Positions 10,962 to 21,915 of a DNA stretch of 64,000 nucleotides are shown in pieces. The DNA is from Nitrosopumilus sp. (GTDB lineage Archaea > Thermoproteota > Nitrososphaeria > Nitrososphaerales > Nitrosopumilaceae): positions 1,847,849-1,911,848 of the forward strand of contig CBDBLX010000002.1 in the NCBI GenBank assembly GCA_965207445.1, in the 5' to 3' direction. The translations under genes were made by a program, and so were the position numbers. The notes beneath the pieces are model-generated. The model was not told the origin of the DNA. It saw nothing but the letters and a program-made list of their open reading frames with translations, and made no database searches. Numbering within the stretch: the first letter of the stretch is position 1; each line of letters begins with the position of its first letter.

Positions 10962-11527
10962 CTGATAAATTATCCATAGTGATATCAGGACCACCGGCAG
11001 TAGGCAAGACCACACTTGCGACATCACTTGCAGCAGAGCTAAATATGAAACACGTTAGTGGGGGCGACGTACTCAAAGGAATGGCATCAAACATGGGGTA
11101 TGATGTTTCAGGTGATGATTGGTGGGACACTACAGATGGTATGAAATTTTTGCAAGAGCGTGAAGGAAATCACGACTTTGATCGTAGGCTTGATGAGCAG
11201 TTACTCAATATGTTTTATGAGGGTGGAATAGTAGTGACCAGTTATACATTGCCATGGTTGGCAAAAAGCACCAAACATAACAGAAAGATATGGTTGGATG
11301 GATCTCATACTAGTAGCACAAAAAGGATGCAGAACAGAGACTCATTGTCAGTACAACAGGCATATGAGATTACACGCAAGCGATATGACAAAAACCGTAA
11401 ACTGTACAAGGAGATATACGGATTCGAATTTGGAGTAGATATGGAAGTCTTTGATCATATAATACGTACTGATAGTATGACAGCAAAACAGGTCGTCAGT
11501 GCAGCAAAAGAGGCAATCTTAAGTTAA
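10958..11527 (+). CDS. cmk: Cytidylate kinase
   Basis: SGPPAVGKTT, RYDKNRKLYKEIYG. Confidence 0.9.
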   Translation: MTDKLSIVISGPPAVGKTTLATSLAAELNMKHVSGGDVLKGMASNMGYDVSGDDWWDTTDGMKFLQEREGNHDFDRRLDEQLLNMFYEGGIVVTSYTLPWLAKSTKHNRKIWLDGSHTSSTKRMQNRDSLSVQQAYEITRKRYDKNRKLYKEIYGFEFGVDMEVFDHIIRTDSMTAKQVVSAAKEAILS

Positions 11528-12061
11528 ACAAAAGTCTGATTATTAAAAGATGGTAAATGAGTACAATGGAGAGTGTATAAAACCCAATTATGAGTCATAT
11601 GATAACAAGTAAACAATAGTTGATGTGTAATTTTCTAAACACAAAAATGTACGATAAATTCGTATTTGCAATAAAAACCAAAGATTGATGATTAAAATAG
11701 TAACTTTGTAAATCAATTATATGATTGAAATAAGCAAGACTGCAAAAGACACAATTGCAAAGACTATGATAGTATCATGTGAAAATGAGGAGAATACATC
11801 CTCACATATGCAACTACCTTTTACTAGAACAGCATATTCTTGTTATGTTATATATGTGAATATTTTATACGATGTTGTATTGCAGTATATTTTATTATGT
11901 AAAATGAGTATCAAAAAAAGTGAAATTAAACATAATACAATATGGGGCAAAGATGTAGTTAGTGATGGCAATCATAACAAGTACAGTAATCACAGCAAGT
12001 ACAATAATCACAGCAAGTACAGTAATCACAGCAAGTACAACAACACACCAGAGGCACATCC

Positions 12062-13075
12062 ATGACACACAACAATACATCAACACAACTGCCAAAACAG
12101 TTAGACGGACTAGTCGAGTTGAACCAAGATGTAACAGATATCAAATACGGCACATACTATAACAAAAGAAGCATAGAACAGCTCTTAAACTATGGAATCA
12201 TAATACTTGACAAGCCACCCGGCCCAACAAGTCATGAAACTGTCGCATGGGTAAAACGTATACTAAACATTCCAAAGATAGGACATAGTGGAACACTAGA
12301 CCCCCAAGTATCAGGTGTACTGCCATTGGGACTAGGTGAGGCTACTAAAGCACTAGGCGTACTATTACTAGGCCCAAAAGAGTACCATGCACTAGGACGG
12401 ATACACTCACTTGCCAAAAAAGACGAATTAGATAGAGTGATGAAGATGCTACAGGGTCAGATATATCAAAAACCTCCACAGAGATCAGCAGTACTGCGAC
12501 AGACACGAACACGCACCATATACGAGTTTGAGTTGTTGGAGCAAAGAGAACGTTTGCTCTTGACACGCATACTATGCGAATCAGGCACATATGTCAGAAA
12601 ACTATATTATGATATGGGTGAGATACTAGGGCCAGGCGCTACAATGATAGAGTTGCGGCGTACACGAGTAAATCAATTTTTAGAGATAAATGAAAAGATG
12701 ACAACTATGCATGAGTTAACAGACGCATATGCTAGATGGAAAGAAGAAGGTGACGAATCTAAATTATATAGTATGATAAGACCAGTAGAGGATGCACTAA
12801 GTGAGATAAAGTCAATAGTAATAGGTGATGCGGCAGTAGATGCGATGTGTCATGGTGCACAGTTGGCAATACCAGGTATCTTGCGCGCTCATCCAAACTT
12901 GAAAAAAGGAGATTTGGTAGGAATATACACACAAAAAGGCGAAGCAGTTGCATTGGCAGAAGCTACAATGAGTCTAGATGAGATTGTAGATGCTGCAAAG
13001 GGATATGCATTTGAGACAAGGCGGATAATTATGATGCCAGGTACGTATCCAAAACGATGGAAGAGTAAAAAATAA
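12062..13075 (+). CDS. cbf5: H/ACA RNA-guided pseudouridine synthase Cbf5
   Basis: DKPPGPTSHE, GHSGTLDP, PUA domain, GTYPKRW. Confidence 0.96.
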   Translation: MTHNNTSTQLPKQLDGLVELNQDVTDIKYGTYYNKRSIEQLLNYGIIILDKPPGPTSHETVAWVKRILNIPKIGHSGTLDPQVSGVLPLGLGEATKALGVLLLGPKEYHALGRIHSLAKKDELDRVMKMLQGQIYQKPPQRSAVLRQTRTRTIYEFELLEQRERLLLTRILCESGTYVRKLYYDMGEILGPGATMIELRRTRVNQFLEINEKMTTMHELTDAYARWKEEGDESKLYSMIRPVEDALSEIKSIVIGDAAVDAMCHGAQLAIPGILRAHPNLKKGDLVGIYTQKGEAVALAEATMSLDEIVDAAKGYAFETRRIIMMPGTYPKRWKSKK

Positions 13076-13217
13076 GAATAGGCAGTCAGGATTCTATGGC
13101 TGCTATAGCTTGAGAGATGGCTGCCTTTGCTGTAGGGTCTGTTGTACGGGCTTCAATTTCCCGCAATCTAGCAATATCTGCCATGCATGTGATATAGTAA
13201 CAAGCCTTATAAAATTT

Positions 13218-13298
13218 GTAACCGTTCAACGTCTTCCCAAATTTAGGCACAAATTCATCGCCTAACGTCTGGCGCAGGTACGGGGGTTGAACGGTTAC
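13218..13298. mobile_element. 81-bp MITE copy 1
   Basis: Perfect TIR GTAACCGTTCAAC/GTTGAACGGTTAC; core shared with five other copies. Confidence 0.88.
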
Positions 13299-13368
13299 AT
13301 TTCAACATCGATTAAAAAATAAAAAGGGGTGAAAAAGAGAAAGAAGGAAAGAAATAGTAGTGTGACTA

Positions 13369-14049
13369 ATGGTTGCAAAAAATTTACTGAGATTTGTAGG
13401 AGTAGGTATACTGTCAGGTTTGGTACTAGGATTGTATATGTTAGACACTAAAGGTGAGTTTGGCGCTGGAATAATTACAATAACAGATGAGCCGTCAATA
13501 TCCATACTGTCTGAAAAACCCACATTCAAAGACGGAGAAGAGATAACATTTCGTATAGTGAATTCAGGAAACGTGCCACTGTACTCTGAGAAAGACAGCA
13601 TATATGGCGCCATCATTACAGGATTATCTGGAATACCCATATACGTTTTTGAAGAACAAAATACAACGACAGGGGAAAATCAGAATCAAGAACAGCAGAA
13701 AGAACAGCAGAAAGAACAGCAACGACAGATGATCTCAGATTGGCGTAAATGTGGGCAGTTCAAAATAACGCCAAATACAGATAAAAATAATTACTATTTT
13801 ACTGTCCATACTCAAACTGAGGACATAAAACTTTACATAGAATCAAAAGCAACCATAACAGAACAGGATACAACACAGCCACTTTTGCCAGGTGACGAGA
13901 TACAGATATCATGGAATCAAACAAGGCATGATGGGAATAAAGTACAGGCAGGAGTTTACAAGATTAGTTTACAAGCAATTGCAATAAACATGGCAGACTG
14001 TAGCATTCATACTACTATAAAAGATTCCAATACAATAACTATCCAATAA
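13369..14049 (+). CDS. Membrane-anchored hypothetical protein with Ig-like (FlgD/BsuPI-like) C-terminus
   Basis: N-terminal TM; WNQTRHDGNKVQAGVYKI motif; Gln-rich insert. Confidence 0.65.
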   Translation: MVAKNLLRFVGVGILSGLVLGLYMLDTKGEFGAGIITITDEPSISILSEKPTFKDGEEITFRIVNSGNVPLYSEKDSIYGAIITGLSGIPIYVFEEQNTTTGENQNQEQQKEQQKEQQRQMISDWRKCGQFKITPNTDKNNYYFTVHTQTEDIKLYIESKATITEQDTTQPLLPGDEIQISWNQTRHDGNKVQAGVYKISLQAIAINMADCSIHTTIKDSNTITIQ

Positions 14050-14363
14050 CGCATCAAAAATAATACCACGTAATACATATAGATATTATTGTAAAACATC
14101 ACAATGCAACTACAATAACTACAATAACTACATAATCACATTATATTAAATTATATCAAAAATAAACGCTCATAACCAAAACCACACATAATGTAAATTG
14201 AACAGAAGCTAATCAGAATTAATAATTTATACATTTACCAAATATGCAAAACAGACAACAATATCACAGTAACAAGAGTACAATTACCTCAAAAAGCAAA
14301 ATTTACTGACAGACAATACATCAACCCTAGATATATAATCAAACCAAACATTCCACAGTGTAT

Positions 14364-14464
14364 GCCGGGGTCGCCTAGCCTGGTAGGGCGCGCGCCTGGA
14401 AATTAATCACCATAAAGCGCGTTCTCGAAAGGGAACGGGAGTTCAAATCTCCCTCCCGGCGCCA
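14364..14464 (+). tRNA. tRNA-Ser(GGA) with 14-nt intron at 37/38 (14402-14415), encoded CCA
   Basis: Acceptor stem GCCGGG/CCCGGC, anticodon stem CGCGC-CTGGAA..A-GCGCG, long variable arm, GTTCAAATC T-loop. Confidence 0.92.
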
Positions 14465-14484
14465 ATCTTTTTAAAAATAAAGTT

Positions 14485-14565
14485 GTAACCGTTCAATTTC
14501 CGTGCCTGCACCAGACGTTAGACGGTGAATCTGTGCCTAAATTTGAGGATGGGTTGAACGGTTAC
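14485..14565. mobile_element. 81-bp MITE copy 2 (opposite orientation to copy 1), 20 bp after tRNA-Ser
   Basis: GTAACCGTTCAA...TTGAACGGTTAC. Confidence 0.88.
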
Positions 14566-15134
14566 AGTAGAGTCATATGTTTAATTTTAATAGTTGAATC
14601 AAAAAATATAATCGACTAGTAGACAATCAAATAAAGCAATTCAGTTATACATGTACAAACAATTAAACAAACAATCAAACAAACATTACATTCATCAAAA
14701 AAACAACAGTACGAAACTATTCAAACACAAATCACACATAAAAACAGCAACATTTAGGAAATCTAAATGAACGAGATCTAGGATCTATAATATCTGGTTA
14801 AATAATAACTGGCATCATATTAACAGTAATATTGTTTGTCGTGATTTTAGTAATAATAACAGCATACATATCCATAGCAGAATTAAAAAAAGAGTGTCAA
14901 AAATGCATAAAATATATGAGTTCAATATATACATATAAAAAAAATAAAAGTATTGTTTTTAGTAATTCCATAAAGATGATAAATCACAAAATTAATATTT
15001 CAAAAAATTAACAAAACGACGATCATCAAAACAAAACACCAAATTAACCATCTTGACTTGAAAGTGTGATAAAAATCCCCCAGATGTCAAAACATAACAG
15101 CAATACTTTTTGACAAGCACAGGATATCATCACT

Positions 15135-15791
15135 ATGGAATTAAAGAGAATATGTCACGGAGAATGTAAAAAATATCGCGTCAATAAACCAACCAAAAAA
15201 GGAAGATACGCATCTGGTCAAACTAGATGTCAGATATGCGATATATGGATAGACTACAGAGGAGCGCACGTTGCAGATGGCTCGCCTGCAACCAAAAACT
15301 CAACTGGATGGTACTGCAATTGTTGCAACTATCGACTTCGACAAAACCCACGAAATATCGAATACAAAGCAAGGCTACGTAAATTAAAGAGAAAGGAATC
15401 GATCGAAGACGTAGACTTTACGTATTTTAGCAAGCGCCGTGCTCGTATGCTTCAAGAGTTGGGTCGCATAATAATAAAAAACGAACACCTAGATGATGAA
15501 AAAATAAAGGGAATACTCATAACATATGATGAGATAGAATTTGAGTTTAGTACAAGTATAGATGTCTTAATCAACCTTGTACGGACTACGGACCCCCCAA
15601 ACAAAGCATCAATGATTGCAGAATTTGAGCGCATCAGAAACATAATAAAACGTACACCCACAAAGCAAGACATTACAGAGCACTCACCTTTGCATGTAGT
15701 AGAATATGAAAAAGAGTTCGAGTCATGGGAGCATATGCTAGATAGGATGGGTTATGATCCATGGTACAGAGATGAACCCAAGTTCGATTAA
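15135..15791 (+). CDS. Cys-rich Zn-binding protein with C-terminal homing-endonuclease-associated repeat-like HTH
   Basis: CxxxC, CxxC, CNCC; TPTKQDI...EYEKEFESWEHMLDRMGY. Confidence 0.65.
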   Translation: MELKRICHGECKKYRVNKPTKKGRYASGQTRCQICDIWIDYRGAHVADGSPATKNSTGWYCNCCNYRLRQNPRNIEYKARLRKLKRKESIEDVDFTYFSKRRARMLQELGRIIIKNEHLDDEKIKGILITYDEIEFEFSTSIDVLINLVRTTDPPNKASMIAEFERIRNIIKRTPTKQDITEHSPLHVVEYEKEFESWEHMLDRMGYDPWYRDEPKFD

Positions 15792-16557
15792 CAAATAACT
15801 CAGATGGGTATTTTGATATAACTGATGTGTAATTTTTTATCTTTGCATCAGTAGTAGTGTTTGGTAGATTAATCTTATCAGGGTACTGATATATGGCTAG
15901 TCTAGCCAAAAATTCATCTCTTGTATAGTCTGTAATATCAGAAACAAATGCTTGTATTGTGTCACGCTCAGAGGACACCAGTATAACTGCCCGATTTATA
16001 CGGATTCCAGTGAGTTCCTCATACATTATAGAATACGCTGCTGCCTGCAAAAAGTAATCAGAAATCCACTCGAATCGTTGCGGCGATCTCTTTGTCTTGT
16101 AATCAATTATACTTAGTACACCATTATACTCTGCAATACAATCAGAGGTTCCTGCTATCTGAAGTGTGTCAGAGTGCAATATCATCTCAATACCATGTAT
16201 ATTATCTATCTTGTCCAAATATGGCTTAAAATTCTCATGGTGTGCACGTGCCAAGAGTCGTGTCTCATCAGTATGATCATCAGATGTGACACCATATAGA
16301 TAATCTTCATTGAGTTTGTGTGCCTGTGTGCCTACAATAGCAGACTCGTGTAATATGTAATCAGCAACGGCATTACCTAGTGACTGTCGCCACTCCTCTA
16401 ACTGTTGTGTAACCTTTTGATCCTTTGTATTATTCAAGATAGTAGTCACAGAATCATATACATGCTTTCCATCAGGAGTTTGATACTTGTGCCCAGGAAT
16501 CATACGGGCAGATTGAAATTTGTCTGAATCAGAAGAGATGTGCTTAAAGCGTGCCAT
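15673..16557 (-). CDS. PD-(D/E)xK exonuclease, MGME1/phage-exonuclease-like
   Basis: SVTTIL, GTQAH, AGTSDCIA, IIDYKT, YFLQAAAY motifs. Confidence 0.85.
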   Translation of the reverse strand: MARFKHISSDSDKFQSARMIPGHKYQTPDGKHVYDSVTTILNNTKDQKVTQQLEEWRQSLGNAVADYILHESAIVGTQAHKLNEDYLYGVTSDDHTDETRLLARAHHENFKPYLDKIDNIHGIEMILHSDTLQIAGTSDCIAEYNGVLSIIDYKTKRSPQRFEWISDYFLQAAAYSIMYEELTGIRINRAVILVSSERDTIQAFVSDITDYTRDEFLARLAIYQYPDKINLPNTTTDAKIKNYTSVISKYPSELFVNRTWVHLCTMDHNPSYLAYAPMTRTLFHILLHAKVSAL

Positions 16558-16637
16558 GTAGATGCTATTTACTCTTGGTTATTTTTGTCATTGGTATGAT
16601 TTTTTATATCATTACTTGTCAAACTCACAAAATTAGT

Positions 16638-18017
16638 CTAATTATCATACAATCTATCACACACATCAGAGAACTTCCAGATGCCACACTGCGCATCCCT
16701 GTTTTGTATATGCAAAAGGCCTTTACGCGCCAAAATATCTACTGCATGTATTGAAAATGGCAATACACCCGTTGCACCAGGTGAGTTATAGTTTAAGATA
16801 TGAAAAGAGGGATCAGATTCATTTGTCATAACAATTGCATCAGGTATGAACTTGCCATCATCTCCAATCACAGACGATCTTATTCCAGCAGTCCCTCTTG
16901 TCTTGAAATGATCGGCATTGATACTTGGTAAAAATCGTTTTACTCTGTTTATCATCGCAGACTTTGAGAGTGATGAGTGTATCTCACCGATAACTAAATT
17001 TTGAAACTGCCGATCAAACATTGCCTTTATGGCACCAGATCCGATCATCTCCATGGCTTTTGGTAAAAATTCACGAATATTCTCAGAATAATCATACCCG
17101 TATGGACTAAACACAGGTACAGCATTAGGTCCAATTTCGCATCTGCCATCAACACGTATAATCCAATGCGGATCCAAAAATGGATAATCAGGAAACTCTG
17201 GAACAGAATACACACTAGTCTTTGTTATCATTTCATATTCAGTCGGAGCCTTCCAATACTCACCTCTAAAATGCACATCAGTTAATTCAGAGCATAGTCC
17301 AAGTCCATGCGCAACATCAACGGACTCACCTCCTGCAGCATTTATCAAAAGGTTGCATCTTACAAGATCAGCATTGCTACTTGCCTGGCGGTGTTTTCTA
17401 CCTACCCCGATGGTATCACCGGATACAGGTACATCGGCAAGTATCTGCCACTGTCCATTGACACGACGAATGTCTACTGCACGTCTATTCAAGAAAAATA
17501 CAGTACCATATTGTTGACTGTCACTCATCAATGATTGCGTCAGTGTCCGATAGTCTACAGACCCCTCCTTGTGTACCACAAGTGCAGCAATACATTTGAG
17601 ATTGGGCTCTATCTTAGACATCTCAGTATTAGATAACAATTGTATCTCTGAGTTGTCCTGCAGACCATTTTCTAGTCCCCATTTCATGTATTTTTCCAAT
17701 GTGGAGATATCCTTGTCTTGAACTGCCACCTCTACGACACCATCATGTTTGAATGGTAAATTTTTGTCACTGGCATATTCACGCCACATATCATATCCAT
17801 AAAATGCGGCCTTTGCAAGGAGTCTCTTTTTTTGAGGGTTATACAGGTATGGTGCATGTATCTTGCCGGTGTTTCTTCCACTAGTATGAAATGCAACGTG
17901 TGGTGACTGTTCTATTACCGCCACACTCTTTGCAGCATGCAGTGCAGAGATAAAATAAGACAGAGATGTGCCCAAAATTCCACCACCTATAATAACAACA
18001 TCAAATGTTCGATCCAA
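16638..18017 (-). CDS. FAD-dependent oxidoreductase (L-2-hydroxyglutarate oxidase-like)
   Basis: GGGILG, HTSGRNTGKIH, FRGEY, SPGATG. Confidence 0.85.
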   Translation of the reverse strand: MDRTFDVVIIGGGILGTSLSYFISALHAAKSVAVIEQSPHVAFHTSGRNTGKIHAPYLYNPQKKRLLAKAAFYGYDMWREYASDKNLPFKHDGVVEVAVQDKDISTLEKYMKWGLENGLQDNSEIQLLSNTEMSKIEPNLKCIAALVVHKEGSVDYRTLTQSLMSDSQQYGTVFFLNRRAVDIRRVNGQWQILADVPVSGDTIGVGRKHRQASSNADLVRCNLLINAAGGESVDVAHGLGLCSELTDVHFRGEYWKAPTEYEMITKTSVYSVPEFPDYPFLDPHWIIRVDGRCEIGPNAVPVFSPYGYDYSENIREFLPKAMEMIGSGAIKAMFDRQFQNLVIGEIHSSLSKSAMINRVKRFLPSINADHFKTRGTAGIRSSVIGDDGKFIPDAIVMTNESDPSFHILNYNSPGATGVLPFSIHAVDILARKGLLHIQNRDAQCGIWKFSDVCDRLYDN

Positions 18018-18284
18018 TTACTAAATCTACAAAGAGATAGATAATAAACGCGCCACTAATTTAGCTAAATTAGATAAATGTGTAATGTATAATACAGATC
18101 AATCAGATCACAAGTATTGTAATTATCTAAGTAAAATAAAAAAAGATGACGACAGTTCAAATAAGCAAAATTCATCAATCAATAGATATACTTTTAATGT
18201 ACATGTAAAAATTACAGTGGGGATTATATATGATTATAGTAAAAATCACATGTGATTATAGTAAAAATCATATAAAGAACTAGA

Positions 18285-18369
18285 GTAACCGTTCAATCCA
18301 CAATTTGCCTGCGCCAGACATTAGACGGCGAATCTATGCCTAAATTTAGAAGAGGGATTAAACGACTAC
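18285..18369. mobile_element. MITE copy 3 (diverged right end)
   Basis: GTAACCGTTCAA + CCTGCGCCAGAC...GCCTAAATTT core; ends TTAAACGACTAC. Confidence 0.8.
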
Positions 18370-18416
18370 ATATGGATTGATAAACAAAAATATTCTACAA
18401 TTATCTTAAAGAATAC

Positions 18417-19598
18417 ATGAATCAAGAAAAAAATGAATTTGTCAGTCATATTGGCAAACGTCCTGCAATAAATCAATTTGATGAATCAATCATACACTAC
18501 AAAGCAGACAGACTAAAGAGTGCACTCAAATGTATAAATCAACACATAAAGAGTAACAAATACGACATACAAGCTCACTATATGAAGACACATATTTTAG
18601 AGTGTATGGGAAAGTGGCATGAGGCCATACTATGCATAGAACAAGTATGGAATGAAGAGAATGCAAAACCAGAGATAATGCTACTGAGAGCATTGCAGTA
18701 CATGCATGTAGGCAATGTAGAAAAGTCACTTGAATTCATAGACAAGGCAGAAAGATCAGATGGATTTGTAGGTGATGTGTATAGATGCAGAGCAAGAGTC
18801 ATGTTTGAGTTGACCATCAAAAAATTGACAAACCAGCTCGATGAATCAATTAAATGGATACAAGAGGCGTGCAAAATAGATCCGCATAATGCATACAACC
18901 ACAATGAGGCAGCTAACATACTGTTTACAAAATTCGCAATGGAAAAAAGTACAGGTGCAGAGATGCTTGAAAAGTCCATAAGACACGGTAAGATTGCAAT
19001 CGGATTGGGAGACAAACATGTGCGCACACACTATAATCTAGGCAGAGCGTCATTTCATGCAAGAGACATGGACTCGGCAATCATGTATTTTGAGAAGACT
19101 AGTAAAATAGACAAAAATTTTGCAAATGCATATGCCATGACAGCACTAGCCATGATGCAAAAAGAAGACAGAAAGTACCCAAGTTATCGGGCATCAGTAA
19201 TGACATTGTATGATAAGGCTCTAAAAAAAGACGCAAAACTGCCATTTGTACTACAAGCCAAAGCTAGATTACAGTTAGGTGAGTATGATTTCAAGGGAGC
19301 ACAAACAACACTAAAGGTATTATCAAGAATAGAGCCCAATAATGGGCAGGCGTGGGTATGTCTTGCAATGACATATGTCTTTGAGTGGTATGTAAGATAT
19401 CATGTTGATGATGTAAAAATTGACCGCGCATTTGAATGTCTCTCAAGAGCACCAAAGAACACAAAGTATGCAGATCTAGAGTATGAAGATTTAGTGAAAA
19501 TTGCTTATGGTAATAGTGAAAATGATATAATGCGAACGCTCAAGAGATATGCAATTTTAGATCACAGATATGATACAGGCATAATGTTAATTATATGA
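18417..19598 (+). CDS. Tetratricopeptide-repeat protein
   Basis: Repeated helix pairs (IDPHNAYNHNEAA, HYNLGRA, IEPNNGQAWVCLA). Confidence 0.8.
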   Translation: MNQEKNEFVSHIGKRPAINQFDESIIHYKADRLKSALKCINQHIKSNKYDIQAHYMKTHILECMGKWHEAILCIEQVWNEENAKPEIMLLRALQYMHVGNVEKSLEFIDKAERSDGFVGDVYRCRARVMFELTIKKLTNQLDESIKWIQEACKIDPHNAYNHNEAANILFTKFAMEKSTGAEMLEKSIRHGKIAIGLGDKHVRTHYNLGRASFHARDMDSAIMYFEKTSKIDKNFANAYAMTALAMMQKEDRKYPSYRASVMTLYDKALKKDAKLPFVLQAKARLQLGEYDFKGAQTTLKVLSRIEPNNGQAWVCLAMTYVFEWYVRYHVDDVKIDRAFECLSRAPKNTKYADLEYEDLVKIAYGNSENDIMRTLKRYAILDHRYDTGIMLII

Positions 19599-19622
19599 TC
19601 ATCAACATAAAAGTTCACACAT

Positions 19623-21012
19623 CAGTAGTTCGCAATGTGCTCAATTTTAATGATCTTATTTCTAATTATGCAGTACGATAGATTTACAATGGTAAGGAAC
19701 CACCGTGCTCCAATTCCCACCGAAGCAGTCTTCTGATTGAACCGGCAATTGAATCTACAAACGCATCCATTGTGAATAATTTTTCATCTACAAGTCCGCC
19801 GTAATTTTCGTACCTTGCCATTACCCATAAACCATATAATAACATTCCAAAAAATATCAACAGTAATCGAAGCTGCAAGGCGTTGCTAGTTGTCTTTGGA
19901 GTCGTGTTTTTTATCACTCTGTATCCCGTCTCTATTATCCAGCGCTTGCGATAAGTCTCTGGGATGGTTTTGATGAGTTTGCTTTTGCTAGTGATTTTCA
20001 TATTTGTGGCAAATGCCACATACTGATCGACTGTTTTATCAGTTTCTTTGGCATTATTTTTTTTGACGATAAGTAATGTGAACTTTACTGCTTTTTTGTT
20101 TTTATCACGCATCTCAATGACTGATGCAGTTTTTCTCTTTTTGTTGTAAACTTCTAAAATATATTTTTGTATGCGCTTATTTTTAATTGCCGGCATTATG
20201 AAAGACAGGCGCAAGCGCAAAAGTTCATCTATGCATGCAACATTGTAAAAACCCCGATCAAAGAGGCCAAGTTCCGGACGTGCATCCTCTCGAATTAATT
20301 TTTCAATGATTTTACGCATAACTGTGACCATTTTATCCTTACTGGTCACACGATGTGCAAACAAAGGTATGTTACCTGCTTGATTTACCATTTGTGCTGT
20401 CATAAATGAATGAAATCTCGCAGTACCATTTTTGGGCTTTGTTTTTAGCATCTCGGGTTTGAGTGCCTTGCCATAATATTCCCATCCGGTCATATCAATT
20501 GCAATAGTGCCACCTTTTTTGACCATGTTGTGTTTTTTGGCATTCTTGAGCATTGTTTTGACATTCTCGTCACCCCACTTTTTCACTTTCTCTAGATCTG
20601 CACTCTTTAGGCATTTGAGCACAGTATTTTCAGATGGTATGTTTATGCGCTCGCCTTTTTTAAAATAGTTAGCCTCATTGCGTTTTCTTTTGTGTGTTGC
20701 TGCATTTACGCACATGTTGTTGAGTGACATGGTGACAAGTGTACCAAGATAATCATCCACCTCATACGTGTGGTTATATCTGGTTGATATGTCTAGTCCG
20801 AGATCGTCGAATCGTTTTCGTAAAACTTTATAATTTACTTGTCCTAATTCATATTGATGTTCTAGTACCTCATTTTTCATATGTAATCAGAGGTACTAAA
20901 ACGTTCCCACATATTATACTTTCTATTTGATCTGATCAAATATGATCATCAACGTTCAACGACATTGCAGATTATTTAAATAAAATCATATAAAACACAT
21001 TGCGAACTACTG
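19623..21012 (-). mobile_element. ISH3-family IS copy A (1390 bp), ACAT target duplication
   Basis: 17-bp TIR CAGTAGTTCGCAATGTG at both ends; ACAT on both flanks. Confidence 0.93.
19684..20880 (-). CDS. ISH3/IS4-superfamily DDE transposase
   Basis: IAIDMT, FDRGFY, YRKRWIIETGYR. Confidence 0.93.
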   Translation of the reverse strand: MKNEVLEHQYELGQVNYKVLRKRFDDLGLDISTRYNHTYEVDDYLGTLVTMSLNNMCVNAATHKRKRNEANYFKKGERINIPSENTVLKCLKSADLEKVKKWGDENVKTMLKNAKKHNMVKKGGTIAIDMTGWEYYGKALKPEMLKTKPKNGTARFHSFMTAQMVNQAGNIPLFAHRVTSKDKMVTVMRKIIEKLIREDARPELGLFDRGFYNVACIDELLRLRLSFIMPAIKNKRIQKYILEVYNKKRKTASVIEMRDKNKKAVKFTLLIVKKNNAKETDKTVDQYVAFATNMKITSKSKLIKTIPETYRKRWIIETGYRVIKNTTPKTTSNALQLRLLLIFFGMLLYGLWVMARYENYGGLVDEKLFTMDAFVDSIAGSIRRLLRWELEHGGSLPL

Positions 21013-21129
21013 ACATACAGAATGTGAATTAAAATAGACATGTTATAGTTTCACAGAAATAAATAATCATACAATACAAAACAACAAGGCTCAAGATTAA
21101 TATCGCATACATTAATTCAATCAATCATT

Positions 21130-21417
21130 ATGTTTCCAAACAGATGCTCGATTTTAAAAAATGGCAAACAGTGCTTTAATCCACCAGAGTTTATAGTTAC
21201 AATAACGACGATCCCCGAAGATAAAAGTAAACGTGCAGACGAGTACATGTTTGGTGTCACATGCAACACACATAAAAAAGACATACTTGTAGAGGTGCGT
21301 AAATTACAAGAAAAAAATATGGTAACTAGCGGTACAATAGGATTCACACCACTAAAGCCAGTTGGGACGGATTGTATAAAGGGTGATGCATCGGATTTGG
21401 TGCATATTGACCAGTAA
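21130..21417 (+). CDS. Small Cys-containing hypothetical protein
   Basis: Clean ORF with host-like composition; CSI..QC, GVTCNTH, GTDCI. Confidence 0.65.
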   Translation: MFPNRCSILKNGKQCFNPPEFIVTITTIPEDKSKRADEYMFGVTCNTHKKDILVEVRKLQEKNMVTSGTIGFTPLKPVGTDCIKGDASDLVHIDQ

Positions 21418-21489
21418 ATGTATGACATCGGACATCACACTTCAGACGCATCACACTTCAGACGCATCACATTCATCACTACGGCAAAC

Positions 21490-21915
21490 CAATGCAACCA
21501 TTAACAAAAAATTTTTACGGCTATCAGGTTCTCTCTTGCAAACGCGGTTGATTGGTATTTATATGAACTTTTTATCTGAATTTGGTATGTGAGGCTAAAA
21601 AGTGTAAATTTTTAGTACTTTATTGCGCGACTGACGATAGTTTGGAATACGGATTAGTTAGAGTTGGTATCAAAAAGACAAACATGGGTGTGGTGGTTCA
21701 CCTTGAAGAAATTGAGGTGTACGCCAAAAATGATAGTTTGATTTGACATCAAAACACAAACAGATGTATAGATTGCAGACGCGTTTGCATACTGCATATT
21801 TCAACACAAGATGCAAAAGGTGCAGTTTGACAAGTATTGGGGCATCATTCGGGACAAGCTACTTCAACGAAACTCACAGGTAGAAGGCTATGGCTACAGG
21901 GAGTACCCCGAATAA
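21490..21915 (+). pseudogene. Degraded DUF3800-family gene (C-terminal part); 5' boundary approximate
   Basis: Manual translation 21772-21915: IADAFAYCIFQH...WGIIRDKLLQRNSQVEGYGYREYPE*; in-frame TAG where the Q of QxAD is expected. Confidence 0.6.

Noticed and set aside
11721..12065. 114-aa ORF upstream of cbf5
   Set aside because: AT-rich and partly built from an 18-bp tandem repeat, with no recognisable motif; probably spurious.
15673..16557. Cas4
   Set aside because: It lacks the four-cysteine Fe-S pattern and has no CRISPR context.
14364..16600. Integrated provirus at tRNA-Ser
   Set aside because: I found no integrase, no duplicated tRNA 3' end and no virion genes.
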